The notes below the pieces were generated by a model, which saw only the letters and a program-made list of their open reading frames with translations, had not been told where the DNA came from and did not search any database. This document shows positions 16,299 to 27,046 of a stretch of 64,000 nucleotides of DNA, one piece after another. The translations under genes and the position numbers were made by a program. Source of the stretch: a virus; the IMG/VR virus record IMGVR_UViG_3300031951_000015, positions 64,001 to 128,000 of that record; one strand, given 5' to 3'. Within the stretch, counting starts at the first letter, position 1. Each line of letters starts with the position of its first letter.

Positions 16299-16608
16299 TA
16301 TCTTCAGCAATTTTTTGAAATTTTGAATCCCAAGTTTCTTTATCAGCATCCCATTTACTTAGTGGGCATGAGTCAAGGATAATTTTTGCCTTTGCAGGAA
16401 CATAGCATCCACATTCTCTGCAACGATTTTCTAATTCATCATACTTATCACAACCTTTGCATGTTTCAATTCTTTGTTTATAAATTTCGTCAGAAACAAA
16501 GAGAATTGCATCACGATTTTGAGTTATGTATTGAACTAATTCCCAAGAAAAATTAGCAAGATTTTTGGTTTGTTCTATAAGAGAAGGATAATTTTTATCT
16601 TCAGACAT
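16276..16608 (-). CDS. Cys-rich small protein (DUF6171-like)
   Basis: R...CxxC...CxxCGC...K......CP..KW. Confidence 0.7.
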   Translation of the reverse strand: MSEDKNYPSLIEQTKNLANFSWELVQYITQNRDAILFVSDEIYKQRIETCKGCDKYDELENRCRECGCYVPAKAKIILDSCPLSKWDADKETWDSKFQKIAEDIDKKQQS

Positions 16609-16634
16609 TGTTTTTATATTTCAACTAAAAATAT

Positions 16635-18176
16635 TTATTGTGGTTGATAAGATCCCTTTATAGTTGATGCATTTATTGATCCTGATATTGTATAATTTGA
16701 TCCAACAATTGCCGATCCACCATTTCCTGCACCTGTAGCTCCTGTGGTGCCAGATCCAGATGTTGCCCAATCTCCACCAGAACCACCGGATTCTCCATTT
16801 GATCCACGAGTAGCACCACAAGTTGATGGGCTATACGACAAAGTATATTGATCAACAGAGGTTATATAAATTCTTGCATTTGTATCATCTCCACTATTGT
16901 CTCTCAACTTAACACCATTATCTCTAATTAGAACATTTCTTGGATTTCCAGAAATTTGCACCATATATGTCTTTGGAGATACATTAAAAGTATATCTTCT
17001 AATTCCATTTTTAAAATTCCATGAGAATATTTCTGCATACGCTGCAGTATTACCATCACGAACTCTAATCGTATCGTAACATCTACCATTAGTATTTGGA
17101 TTATCATTTGTATCAATTTCCATAGTAATTCGGGCAGATCCACTCCCAGTTACATTTAAGAAAGCATCATCATTATTTTCTGTCCAGTAATATCCGATAG
17201 ATGATAAGGAATATCCAGCACCTGCAGGATCCGAACCAAGACCTCCAGGAGACCCTAATAAAGTTCCATCTTGATTATTATATCCTCTACCATATCCACC
17301 TGTTCCTCCATATCCACCTGCTCCAGCAGTGATTGTTGAATATTGAGTACATCGACGATACTGAGTATTTTTCACACATCGTTCACAACAACCCCAGCAC
17401 CAATCGCAAGTAGATTGACAACAATTCCCACCCCAAGTTCCAGCATCATTATAACCACTACCGCAACCAGGAGCTCCGCCACATCCTTGAGTCGTATATT
17501 CATTATAACAAGATCCTGCGCCTCCAGGAGCACCTTGAGATCCTCTCTCACCTCCACCGCCGCCACCATATACTTGTGCCGATGGTCTTAATAAAACATT
17601 AACATTATTTCCACCGATGGGAGATAACGAAAAAGCGTTTCCACCATTCTCACCTCCAGGATCAGGTGCGCCATTACCAGTTCCACCTCCTCTTCCAGAA
17701 GCACCAAAAATTTGACCAAAAACATCAATTACCAAATTATGTGCAATTGTATTCAATATTGCAGATGGAGTAGAAGTATTTACAGATCCACAGATTCCAT
17801 CAATAAACAAAAATTTTCTAATGTTCTTATTTAAATTATTATTCCAAGATTGATTTGAGATATCAAGATTAAGTTCAGTATCACTTTGAGTAAGATAATA
17901 ATATTTTACTGAATTTCTAAATTGTGATGTTTTCCAATTATTTGATGTTGAAATATTGGCATTTTCGGTAGAATCTGGAACAACTGGGTCTGTATTTGTT
18001 GTACTTATGATTCTTTTTAGTTCTGAAACACTAATTTGACCAGTATCACTATTAAATGTCTCAGTTGTAGAAGAGGTTTGTTTTCTCTGCTGAGCACGAA
18101 AATTAGATCTTAAAGAACTAAAGGAAATAGCACCTGAAGAGTAATAAGGACCAGCTTTTGATACTGTTACTGCCAT
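16635..18176 (-). CDS. Gly-rich virion/fibre-tip protein with Cys/Trp-rich insert
   Basis: GGGGGG tracts, gp38-like GGNA...YGGGGGG; insert CCQSTCDWCWGCCERC. Confidence 0.7.
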   Translation of the reverse strand: MAVTVSKAGPYYSSGAISFSSLRSNFRAQQRKQTSSTTETFNSDTGQISVSELKRIISTTNTDPVVPDSTENANISTSNNWKTSQFRNSVKYYYLTQSDTELNLDISNQSWNNNLNKNIRKFLFIDGICGSVNTSTPSAILNTIAHNLVIDVFGQIFGASGRGGGTGNGAPDPGGENGGNAFSLSPIGGNNVNVLLRPSAQVYGGGGGGERGSQGAPGGAGSCYNEYTTQGCGGAPGCGSGYNDAGTWGGNCCQSTCDWCWGCCERCVKNTQYRRCTQYSTITAGAGGYGGTGGYGRGYNNQDGTLLGSPGGLGSDPAGAGYSLSSIGYYWTENNDDAFLNVTGSGSARITMEIDTNDNPNTNGRCYDTIRVRDGNTAAYAEIFSWNFKNGIRRYTFNVSPKTYMVQISGNPRNVLIRDNGVKLRDNSGDDTNARIYITSVDQYTLSYSPSTCGATRGSNGESGGSGGDWATSGSGTTGATGAGNGGSAIVGSNYTISGSINASTIKGSYQPQ

Positions 18177-18193
18177 TACACTGAGTTTTTCCT

Positions 18194-19651
18194 TTATTTA
18201 TGAATGGCGTTTATAATTTCTTTATGTGATATTCTTTGATTTTCTAATTTTTTAATTTTCGTATATTCATAATGTTCTTTTGCAAATTCTAAAATCTGTT
18301 GTTTATTTCTTTTTGAATTTAAGAAATCTCGAATTGCATTTTTATCAAACATATTTAATCCGTTTGAAACTTGAATAAAATTATCAAGTGACCAAACAAA
18401 TTTGGTTGAATTATTGCCTAGATTTTTAGCATCTAAAAACTCGTACTTACATTTTTCCTCAAAATCTCTGACCCATTCAGTTTTATTTTCAGTCATGTAT
18501 TTCCAAAAGTCAGAATCAAATCTATTTGTATTATAATGAAGACAAATAAAATCCACGATGACTTTATAAGCATTTAGGTTTATTTCATTAAATTTTTTTC
18601 TATTATATTCCAAGAAGGTTAAATTTGAATTTAAAGAAATAAAATCTTTAATTTGATTTATGATAATGTGAATACCAGTAGACTCTAGCGGTTCTACAAA
18701 TCCACTTGAAAGACCAATTGCTAAACAATTTCCAACCCATGCTTGATCATAATATCCAGGTTTATAGTAAATAATTTTGTCTGTTTGCAATCTAACTCCA
18801 AATTTTTCTAATAGCCAACAATTATATTTTGTTTTTGCTTCTTCATCTGAAGTAAATCTGGAAGAATAAAGATATCCAGTTCCATATCGATTTCCAATTG
18901 GTATCTGCCATATCCATCCATTATCTGTCGCTTCTGCTAACGTGTAAGATGGCACTTCTTCAAAATCATATGGAATTTGTTGTGGAATTGCTCTGTCAAT
19001 TGGCAAATAATCTGTAATGTCATTCCACTTTACCTTTAAGTTTTTAATTAACATAGAGTTAAATCCAGAGGCATCAATATAAAAATCTGCTTTTACATTT
19101 CCACTATTTTTGAAATCTATACTTTCAATTTGATTATTTTCAATATTAATTTTTTCAGCAATATCATCAATAAAATCAATCTCGTTATTCATCTTTCCAA
19201 AAATATAATTTGAAAATTCTTGTGTATCAATGTGCAGCGCATGACTATAATCAAAAGTTTTTTTTGGTAATGTAGATGTTGCTTCATTATAAAGTAGACC
19301 ACCATTATAGCAATCGTTTAGAATAGAATAGATTGCACTTGATTGATCCGACTCCCCCCAAAAAGAAACTTCTTTAAATCCATGAAAATATTCTGTATTG
19401 GGAATCCAATTTTTAAAATTTATTCCTAATTTTACACTTACATTTAAGTCTCTAATTAAATCTTCAGTTTTTATTCCCAGAGAATTAAGGAATAAATGAA
19501 TAATTGGTGTAGTACTTTCACCAACACCTATATTTTTTCTTTTGGCATCAAAATATAGAGAAACTTGAACTTTATCTCCCCAATATTTTTTAATCATTGA
19601 TGCTGCAATCAATCCAGAGGTTCCTGCCCCCAAAACAATAAATTTTTTCAT
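18194..19651 (-). CDS. prnA: Flavin-dependent tryptophan-halogenase family protein
   Basis: GAGTSG FAD motif, GVGEST, catalytic K in VKLGINF.NW, WIWQIP, GFVEPLESTG. Confidence 0.9.
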   Translation of the reverse strand: MKKFIVLGAGTSGLIAASMIKKYWGDKVQVSLYFDAKRKNIGVGESTTPIIHLFLNSLGIKTEDLIRDLNVSVKLGINFKNWIPNTEYFHGFKEVSFWGESDQSSAIYSILNDCYNGGLLYNEATSTLPKKTFDYSHALHIDTQEFSNYIFGKMNNEIDFIDDIAEKINIENNQIESIDFKNSGNVKADFYIDASGFNSMLIKNLKVKWNDITDYLPIDRAIPQQIPYDFEEVPSYTLAEATDNGWIWQIPIGNRYGTGYLYSSRFTSDEEAKTKYNCWLLEKFGVRLQTDKIIYYKPGYYDQAWVGNCLAIGLSSGFVEPLESTGIHIIINQIKDFISLNSNLTFLEYNRKKFNEINLNAYKVIVDFICLHYNTNRFDSDFWKYMTENKTEWVRDFEEKCKYEFLDAKNLGNNSTKFVWSLDNFIQVSNGLNMFDKNAIRDFLNSKRNKQQILEFAKEHYEYTKIKKLENQRISHKEIINAIHK

Positions 19652-19662
19652 AAAATTATAAA

Positions 19663-21447
19663 TTAATGGAAATCAGTCCACCCAACTCCAGTATATCCTT
19701 GAAATTTATTTGTATCCGTATTAAAAATAAATGCTCCAGCAACAGTTACTAAACCCACTCTTTGAGCAGTTGTTAGTCTTGGAGGTAACATATATGCTCT
19801 AGATCCAACGCCTTCACCGGGCAATAAACCTGGTGAAGATTTCCCAGCATCAGAAAAATCAACTGCAGAACGAACCGCTGTTGTTCCTACACCTACACCT
19901 CCAGATCCTCTTATATAAAGTACAGAATTATATAAGTTTGTTGTTGCATTATATTGGACAATTGATTTTCCTTCTATATACAATCCCTCACCATTAGTGG
20001 TTGTAGTTCCAATTCCAACGTTATCACTAATAGTTTGCCCAGAAACTTTTAAAGCGACGGTAGGAATTTGTGCTGTTCCAACTCCTACATTTCCAAAAAG
20101 GGCAGTTTTTTCTCTAACATCTAGATTAGCAATTGGGATGGTTGTTCCAATACCAACACTATTAACAACACTCAAATTACTTGATATACCAACATTAAAG
20201 AATGTGGATATTCCAGATGTATTGCTAATATTTTTATTGTTAAGGATCGTTGGTAAATCAAACGTTCCGGCTGATATTGTACCAAGTATATTTACATTTC
20301 CACTAAAAAATCCAGTTCCATTTGCATTAATTGTAACTCCAGTTCCAACTTGTAGATTTCCTTGTGGATCTGTATTCCCAATACCTAACCTTCCATCATA
20401 AGTTAGTGTCATTAATTCGACAAATGTTTGTCCATAGAACCAATTAAACCTACCAGTGCCAATTCCCATAGGACCAGCATGTAAGTACATACTGAAATCA
20501 CCAGTATCATTGTTTAAAATCTCAAGTGTCCTGTCTATATCACCAAATCTTAAAAGTGCTGTGCTTTTTCCTACTCCAACAGATTGACCAATACTAATTC
20601 TTGCATTTCCACTATTGGAAATAACTTCTAAGAGTGATCCAGATTCTTTTCTAATTTGCAATTCTGATGTTGGTAATGCTGTTCCAACACCAATTCTCCC
20701 AGAATTAAGAGCAGCAAATGCAGTTCCTCCAGTTCCAACATGAGATCTTGTAAATACTGTTGATACTCCAGTTGTTGAAAATCCACTATTAATTGAATTG
20801 ACTGTAATATCTGCTGTTGTTGTAATTGAAGATGCAGTTGATGCTATTCCAGTTAAATTTCCATAAAAACCCGTTGTTGCTGTTATAATTCCAACATTAA
20901 TATTTGATGGTAATCTTGCATTATCAATTGTTCCAGTTAATTGTGGAGCATTAAGACCAGTAAGACCAATACCAGAACCAGTGAAACTTGCTGCAGTTAT
21001 AATTCCAGAATATGATGCATTTCCATTTGAATTAATTGTAACTCCAGTTCCAATTTGTAAATTTCCTCTTGGAATCGTAGTTCCTATACCAACGCTGAAG
21101 GATGTAGAAATTGTAGAATTACTGCTGTTTACATACCATCCATCAACAGCAATTGCATAGATGTCAGTTAATCCAGATGCACTTCCTGAAAATAATTCTG
21201 CTGTAACAACACCAGAAACTGATACATTTTGTGTTACACTCAAAATTCCTACTGTTGTAACACCAGAAACATTTAGATCTTTTGTTACTGTAGCACCAGT
21301 AACTCTAGTATCGCCATAAACATTTAACAAATATTCGGTAGGAACGGAAGTTCCAATTCCCACCAAACCATTTGCATTTACAACGAAATTATCATCATCA
21401 ACTTGAACACCATTTCTAAGGTTAAATGACTTTCTATAATTTGCCAT
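19663..21447 (-). CDS. Tail fibre-like structural protein
   Basis: Repeated VGIGTTxP and GIITA beta repeats; late promoter upstream. Confidence 0.75.
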   Translation of the reverse strand: MANYRKSFNLRNGVQVDDDNFVVNANGLVGIGTSVPTEYLLNVYGDTRVTGATVTKDLNVSGVTTVGILSVTQNVSVSGVVTAELFSGSASGLTDIYAIAVDGWYVNSSNSTISTSFSVGIGTTIPRGNLQIGTGVTINSNGNASYSGIITAASFTGSGIGLTGLNAPQLTGTIDNARLPSNINVGIITATTGFYGNLTGIASTASSITTTADITVNSINSGFSTTGVSTVFTRSHVGTGGTAFAALNSGRIGVGTALPTSELQIRKESGSLLEVISNSGNARISIGQSVGVGKSTALLRFGDIDRTLEILNNDTGDFSMYLHAGPMGIGTGRFNWFYGQTFVELMTLTYDGRLGIGNTDPQGNLQVGTGVTINANGTGFFSGNVNILGTISAGTFDLPTILNNKNISNTSGISTFFNVGISSNLSVVNSVGIGTTIPIANLDVREKTALFGNVGVGTAQIPTVALKVSGQTISDNVGIGTTTTNGEGLYIEGKSIVQYNATTNLYNSVLYIRGSGGVGVGTTAVRSAVDFSDAGKSSPGLLPGEGVGSRAYMLPPRLTTAQRVGLVTVAGAFIFNTDTNKFQGYTGVGWTDFH

Positions 21448-21464
21448 CTTATATGGTTTTTTAG

Positions 21465-24400
21465 TTATTTATCCGTAAGTTTTTGTTCAAGGTTTTCAAC
21501 CTTCGCAGAAAGTTCCTTGATTGCTTCAACAAGAAGTGGAACGACCTTATGATAATCAACTGCCAAGTAACCATTATCTCTTGTTACAACCGCCTCAGGA
21601 AGAACTTCAAGAACTTCTTGTGCGATTACTCCAACATCATTTCCTTCCTTGCCAGACTTTTCATTCCAAGTATAAGTATTACCACTAATGGAAAGAACTT
21701 TTGCAAGAGGATCATCAATTGGAGTAATATTATCTTTTAGTCTCTGGTCAGAGGTATAAAATGCAGTAATATCACCAGTTACATTTAAATCGGAATTGAT
21801 TTGAGTTGTTGTATTAATTGCTACCTTTGATCCAGATACTGCACTTAATTTAAGATCTCCAGATGATGTGTCAATTGTATTATCATCAGTTTGTGCTAAT
21901 TTAATATTTCCAAGTTGAACAGTAGAACAATTTAATGTGCCATTAATATAAACATTTTTACCAATTCCTACTCCACCAGAAATAATTAAATCCCCAGTTG
22001 TTGAAGAAGTAGACTCTGCTCCTTGTGTCAGTCTGACTGTATTATTAAATGTTGTTTGTGATTTTGCTCTAATTTCTTTATTAAATGTTACGGGACCATC
22101 AAACTGAGAAAGAACTTGTCCAGATGCACCACCTTCTACAAGTAATCTCTCTTTAATTGTAACTTCATCAAATACGGCACTTAAACGATTAGGATTTTCA
22201 CCAGTAACTGTTGGTTTTGGAATATCATAAGAAACAACCTCTCCACTTGCTGCAGATGTTTTGGTATTTCCATTATAAAAATCTCCAGAATTGTTCATTC
22301 CAGTATATACAACAATACCACCAGAACGTTCCTGAGAGTTCGCTAAAAAGTTTTCTTGATCATTTAGTGTTTTAACCTGAACTTGTGGCAATCCAGTCGA
22401 ATAGTTACCTGGACCATATCCAAGATATTCAAAGGTGTGCCCTGACGCACGAAGAATAGAAGGTCTTCTGAACTCAATTGCAATTGGATTAATTCTACGA
22501 ATCAACGAGTTGACATCATGATTTTCTTGAACTGTTCCAAGAGATCCACGAATTACAGTTGCAGAAGTATCATTACCACTGCTGGTAATTCTCATAATTT
22601 CATTATCAATTTGAATATAACATCCAAGTGGCAATCTTTGTGCTGTTCCAATACCAGTATGACTAATATTAATTGTGCTTCCTGTTGTTAACTCAGATGT
22701 TAAAATAAATGTTTGATTATCATAAAAAGAGACATTACGTGTTCCAAAATTTTCTCCATTTTCATCAGAAATTGCATTATTTGAAGAAAGTCCATGTTTT
22801 AAAACATATCCATTTGTTGCCGAAATTGAAGAGTTTGTAAGTGCTGTAAATGTCGTTACACTTTCTCTCTTATCGACAATGTAATCTCCTATATTATTAT
22901 TATTAGAATCAATTACACGGAAACGATTTCCAGAAAGAAGACCATGAGCATCGTAAGTTGTAAATGTTGTAATACCTGCTGAGGAGTTGTATGCTGTCCC
23001 GCTAATTCTAATTGATGAGTTAACGACAAAAGCGTATTGTCCAGTTTGTATTGTTGGATCTCCAACAGTTTTAGCGATTGCAATTGATGTTGAAGATCCA
23101 ATAGAAGTAATTCGATAATAACCATCTGTTACTGTTCCTGCACCGGTGATTTGAACAACGTCACCAATGTTTGTAGAAATTCCTGATGTTGAGACTGTGT
23201 AAAGAGCACCACTTCCAGCACCAATTTTACTTTGATCAAAATATAGAGATCCAGCAGTATAACCAGATCCAGGTGCCATAATTTCAACAGAAGTTACAAT
23301 TCCACTACTCACAATTACTTTTGAAGTTGCACCACTCCATGAACCTGTTTGAGATCCATTAAGAAGTTTAACATTATAATATGTTCCATTTGTATAAGAT
23401 GTTCCACCATTTGAAATTGAACCAGTTACAATTCCTGAAAGACCATGAAATCTTGCAAAAGTTAATGTTGCAATTCCAGAACTTGATTCAACAGAAGAAA
23501 TTGTAAGAGCAACTCCAACATTTTTAAGAGAGAGATCTGTTGTTTCACGTGTAATACTTTTCTTTAGATCATTTGTCTCAACCGCACCAATTGGAGCACG
23601 TTTTGCAAATGTTTTTGCTGCTTGAGGGTTATCATTTACATTATCTCTATCTAATTGAGGATATAAATCGACAGGTAATTGTCCATACTTAAGATTTGTA
23701 AAAAGATTTGCACTAATTGCATTACTTGAGTTTAAAACATATAAGTGATAAATTCCATCTTGTTGATTGAAAATATATGGAGAAATAATTTCATTTCTGT
23801 AAACAAATAAATTACTTTGCCAATCATTCCTTTCAAATCTTGGTAGATTTTGATCTCTAGTTGATGTTGTATCTGTAAATGTTCCAGCAGATTGTGTTAC
23901 GCCCGTAATTGTATTTGTTGTTGTATATCTAAAGGTATATGCATCAATAATATTAGATACAATGAATCTACCATTGTATCCAGAATCAAATCTTCCCGTA
24001 GAATTTGTTGAACTTTTAACATTTCTAATTGTTACTACTTCACCAACTTGAACATTATGTGGAAGTTCAGTTAATACCGTAACTACATTTGAACTTTCTG
24101 AACAAGATGCAATCAATCTTGGATTTTTTAAATATGCATAATCAGTGCTTGCAATGCTAGTTCTTGTAAAATCAGTGTCAGTTCTAACACCTGTAGTGCT
24201 GGATTCTTGAAGAATAAATCCCGTTTCTGGATCTTTTGCGTTTGCAAATTCTTTTGGAATAACAACTCTCAACTTATAAATTTTTTCGTCTAAACTTCTT
24301 TCATCAGAAATACGCTTCACATAAGCAAGATCTGTTGTTGGACCAAAAGTTATCGTTCCACCAATACTCAATGCATTATAAATTTCATTGTTTTGATTAA

Positions 24401-26675
24401 CGTGAATAAACCAGTTATTATTTTGACTATCAAATTGAATAGGTGATCCAAGTTCTCCAGATTCCCTGTCAGAAACTCTACTTAAAATGTGAAGATTTGT
24501 ACCACCTACAACTTGAATTGGTTTGTTTTGAAGAGCATTTGTATACGATGCTGCAAGTTTTACTGTATTATTATCTCCAGGATTAATTGCATAGTAAATT
24601 TGATGAGGATCAATATTTTCTGGCAAATCTCCATCATCACTTATGATTATGATCTTTTCACCCGTTAACAGATTGTTAGATCCAATTGTAAATGATGTCG
24701 TAAATCCAGTTGGAGGTGTAGTGGTTGCATCATAAAATTTAACAGAACTTGTTGTTCCTAATGCAGTTGTAAGTCCAGAAGAACTAATTGCATTATTACA
24801 CATGTAAATATTTGCTTCACTAGTTCCAGTTCCCAAAGGAACGTATAACTTATCATTTAATTTTGCACCGATTCGATATCCTTGTGTAAGAGATGATGGG
24901 GCAACATTAATTGAGTTAAATCCAAAAAGATAAAGGTGACTTGAGATACCAACTTGAGTTGTAAGTCCTACGTTTAAAGATAACCACTCAATGTTATCTT
25001 CAACAGAAGAAACTGATCTTGGTGTGACTATAGAGGTAATAAAAGCTTTATTATCCTTATCAAATGCTTCTTTTTTAAATCCAGAAGAATTTAATGAAAT
25101 TTGACCAAAGTTTGAGTTTGAGTTTGTAATTGATGCATCACCACCAGTTTCTGCATCAAAATGCTTATTAAATCCAATTGCAAATACAGAAACAATTTGA
25201 ATGAAAGCATCATTTGTAATTTTAATATGACTTGTTTCCCATCCTTGACGATAGATAGCGTCTGGATCTAAATGATAAACTCTATTTGTATCTGTTTGAG
25301 ATGCTCCATTTGGAAGATCTCCACCAGAAACAGTAGTGTAATCAATTTTTTCATAAGATCTAGAAGATTTATTATATTTTGCAAAGGCACGATCATCCTT
25401 TTGAAGAGATACTGCAGTAAATTGTGCAACAACGGTGCTTCTAAATCCTGATGCTTTGCTACCATCAGCATGAAGACCATTCATACCCCAGACAGAGCGT
25501 AATGAACAGTTAAAAATGTAAGGGGATGCGCCAGATACAGTATCAGTCTCAACTGTTACTGTCGCTCCGGCAGCACTTGGACTTGGAATTGTAGGAACTG
25601 TTGAAAGAAGGTAAGTAAATGATGTTGAACTTAAAACAGATTGAACAGTTGTTGAAACATTATAAACCCCTACACCAACTCCTTTAACTTTAATTGGAGT
25701 ACCTACGTTTAAACCATGCTCTGTTGTGGTTGTAACTGTAACACGTGCGTCTGCAACACTGCCATTACCAGAAAATATTGAAGCAATTGTAATTGGATCT
25801 GAAGCAAAAGCACCGACAATTTGAAACTCTGGATCTCTCTTTGCAAAACCAAGAGGATTCGTTGGATATTTATCTTCTGCTTTAATTTCACGATATGCAT
25901 TATAAGCATTTGAGACTTTGCTATAATACATATCAAGATCGGTGAGACCTGTTGCAGTTCCACCAGCACCACCAATAGGCAATGTAATATTATTTACACC
26001 ATCACAAAATTCAAAACAAGTTACTTTATGGTGTGAAAAATTAGGTGTTGAGCGATAGATTGATGAAAAATCATCTGGATTTGTATATACCGTGCTACTT
26101 GCATCTGCATCAAAAATAGAAAATTGCCAAAAATAACAAGCACCAGTAATTCTAAAAATTGCAGATTTAGATACAGTATCATCTGTTGGATTTGGAACAT
26201 ATTTTGGACGAATTTTGGTCTTTCTTAAATCAAGACCAACAATAGAAGTTCCTCTTGGAACAACAACACCACCATACCAACTATTAAACTTATAAAGAAT
26301 ATTATCTTCTTGTGCAAGATCAAAGTTTGAATTTAATCCAAGTGAAAAAACATTTGTAGCAGTATCTTGACCACCAGATCGATTGACTGCTTTTGCTCCA
26401 CTGTTATTATAAACTGCATATCCAGGTCTATTATCAATTAAATGCTCACCGGGAAATAGTAAAATTGTGGTTTTTTCTACTAAATCATTATTATCTCCAG
26501 CAATATATGAGAATCTTGCCGCTTCTAATAATGCTCTTTGTATTGTTTTGAAAGGGCGAGCAAGAGAATTACCTTGATTCTCAATACTATCAGTTGAATC
26601 AAGATCATTTGGATTGACGTAAAGAATACGACCTTCTGTATTCTTGATAAAATTGTCAAGTTTATTCAGACCCAT
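21465..26675 (-). CDS. Large virion structural/tail fibre protein with C-terminal peptidase S74 intramolecular chaperone
   Basis: 1736 aa; N-terminal G.S..RPFKTIQRAL; C-terminal SDQRLKDNI...GVIAQEV...VDY.K.VPLLVEAIKEL. Confidence 0.85.
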   Translation of the reverse strand: MGLNKLDNFIKNTEGRILYVNPNDLDSTDSIENQGNSLARPFKTIQRALLEAARFSYIAGDNNDLVEKTTILLFPGEHLIDNRPGYAVYNNSGAKAVNRSGGQDTATNVFSLGLNSNFDLAQEDNILYKFNSWYGGVVVPRGTSIVGLDLRKTKIRPKYVPNPTDDTVSKSAIFRITGACYFWQFSIFDADASSTVYTNPDDFSSIYRSTPNFSHHKVTCFEFCDGVNNITLPIGGAGGTATGLTDLDMYYSKVSNAYNAYREIKAEDKYPTNPLGFAKRDPEFQIVGAFASDPITIASIFSGNGSVADARVTVTTTTEHGLNVGTPIKVKGVGVGVYNVSTTVQSVLSSTSFTYLLSTVPTIPSPSAAGATVTVETDTVSGASPYIFNCSLRSVWGMNGLHADGSKASGFRSTVVAQFTAVSLQKDDRAFAKYNKSSRSYEKIDYTTVSGGDLPNGASQTDTNRVYHLDPDAIYRQGWETSHIKITNDAFIQIVSVFAIGFNKHFDAETGGDASITNSNSNFGQISLNSSGFKKEAFDKDNKAFITSIVTPRSVSSVEDNIEWLSLNVGLTTQVGISSHLYLFGFNSINVAPSSLTQGYRIGAKLNDKLYVPLGTGTSEANIYMCNNAISSSGLTTALGTTSSVKFYDATTTPPTGFTTSFTIGSNNLLTGEKIIIISDDGDLPENIDPHQIYYAINPGDNNTVKLAASYTNALQNKPIQVVGGTNLHILSRVSDRESGELGSPIQFDSQNNNWFIHVNQNNEIYNALSIGGTITFGPTTDLAYVKRISDERSLDEKIYKLRVVIPKEFANAKDPETGFILQESSTTGVRTDTDFTRTSIASTDYAYLKNPRLIASCSESSNVVTVLTELPHNVQVGEVVTIRNVKSSTNSTGRFDSGYNGRFIVSNIIDAYTFRYTTTNTITGVTQSAGTFTDTTSTRDQNLPRFERNDWQSNLFVYRNEIISPYIFNQQDGIYHLYVLNSSNAISANLFTNLKYGQLPVDLYPQLDRDNVNDNPQAAKTFAKRAPIGAVETNDLKKSITRETTDLSLKNVGVALTISSVESSSGIATLTFARFHGLSGIVTGSISNGGTSYTNGTYYNVKLLNGSQTGSWSGATSKVIVSSGIVTSVEIMAPGSGYTAGSLYFDQSKIGAGSGALYTVSTSGISTNIGDVVQITGAGTVTDGYYRITSIGSSTSIAIAKTVGDPTIQTGQYAFVVNSSIRISGTAYNSSAGITTFTTYDAHGLLSGNRFRVIDSNNNNIGDYIVDKRESVTTFTALTNSSISATNGYVLKHGLSSNNAISDENGENFGTRNVSFYDNQTFILTSELTTGSTINISHTGIGTAQRLPLGCYIQIDNEIMRITSSGNDTSATVIRGSLGTVQENHDVNSLIRRINPIAIEFRRPSILRASGHTFEYLGYGPGNYSTGLPQVQVKTLNDQENFLANSQERSGGIVVYTGMNNSGDFYNGNTKTSAASGEVVSYDIPKPTVTGENPNRLSAVFDEVTIKERLLVEGGASGQVLSQFDGPVTFNKEIRAKSQTTFNNTVRLTQGAESTSSTTGDLIISGGVGIGKNVYINGTLNCSTVQLGNIKLAQTDDNTIDTSSGDLKLSAVSGSKVAINTTTQINSDLNVTGDITAFYTSDQRLKDNITPIDDPLAKVLSISGNTYTWNEKSGKEGNDVGVIAQEVLEVLPEAVVTRDNGYLAVDYHKVVPLLVEAIKELSAKVENLEQKLTDK

Positions 26676-26707
26676 TTTTATTGATTTTAACTCTTATTAT
26701 CTTCTAT

Positions 26708-27013
26708 TTAGTTAGTCAAATCTTCCTCATCATACTCATATTCTATCTCTTCTGGCATATCTTCAGGATTTTCTAACTCAACTGGAAAGAGACAGGGGTG
26801 TGCCTCCTCATCAATCAAGTAGAAAGAACTTCTATATAAATCGTCTGGTTCAAATGTGCGATTCTTATCTGCTTCTCTGCACAAATCTTGATCGTATAAG
26901 TGTCCCTCTGGCAACTCATCGAAGGTAAATGGAACAGAGTTGATAAAATACATCTTCACAATCATACTGCCGTCATTGTACCAGCAGTATGCAGAATCTA
27001 TACGATAAGACAT
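26708..27013 (-). CDS. Conserved cyanophage hypothetical protein (MSYRIDSAYCWY)
   Basis: ORF track trimmed to exclude the tRNA; ATAAATA upstream. Confidence 0.75.
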   Translation of the reverse strand: MSYRIDSAYCWYNDGSMIVKMYFINSVPFTFDELPEGHLYDQDLCREADKNRTFEPDDLYRSSFYLIDEEAHPCLFPVELENPEDMPEEIEYEYDEEDLTN

Positions 27014-27046
27014 AGGGGTTTTCCCATATCTTATATTTATTTTTAG

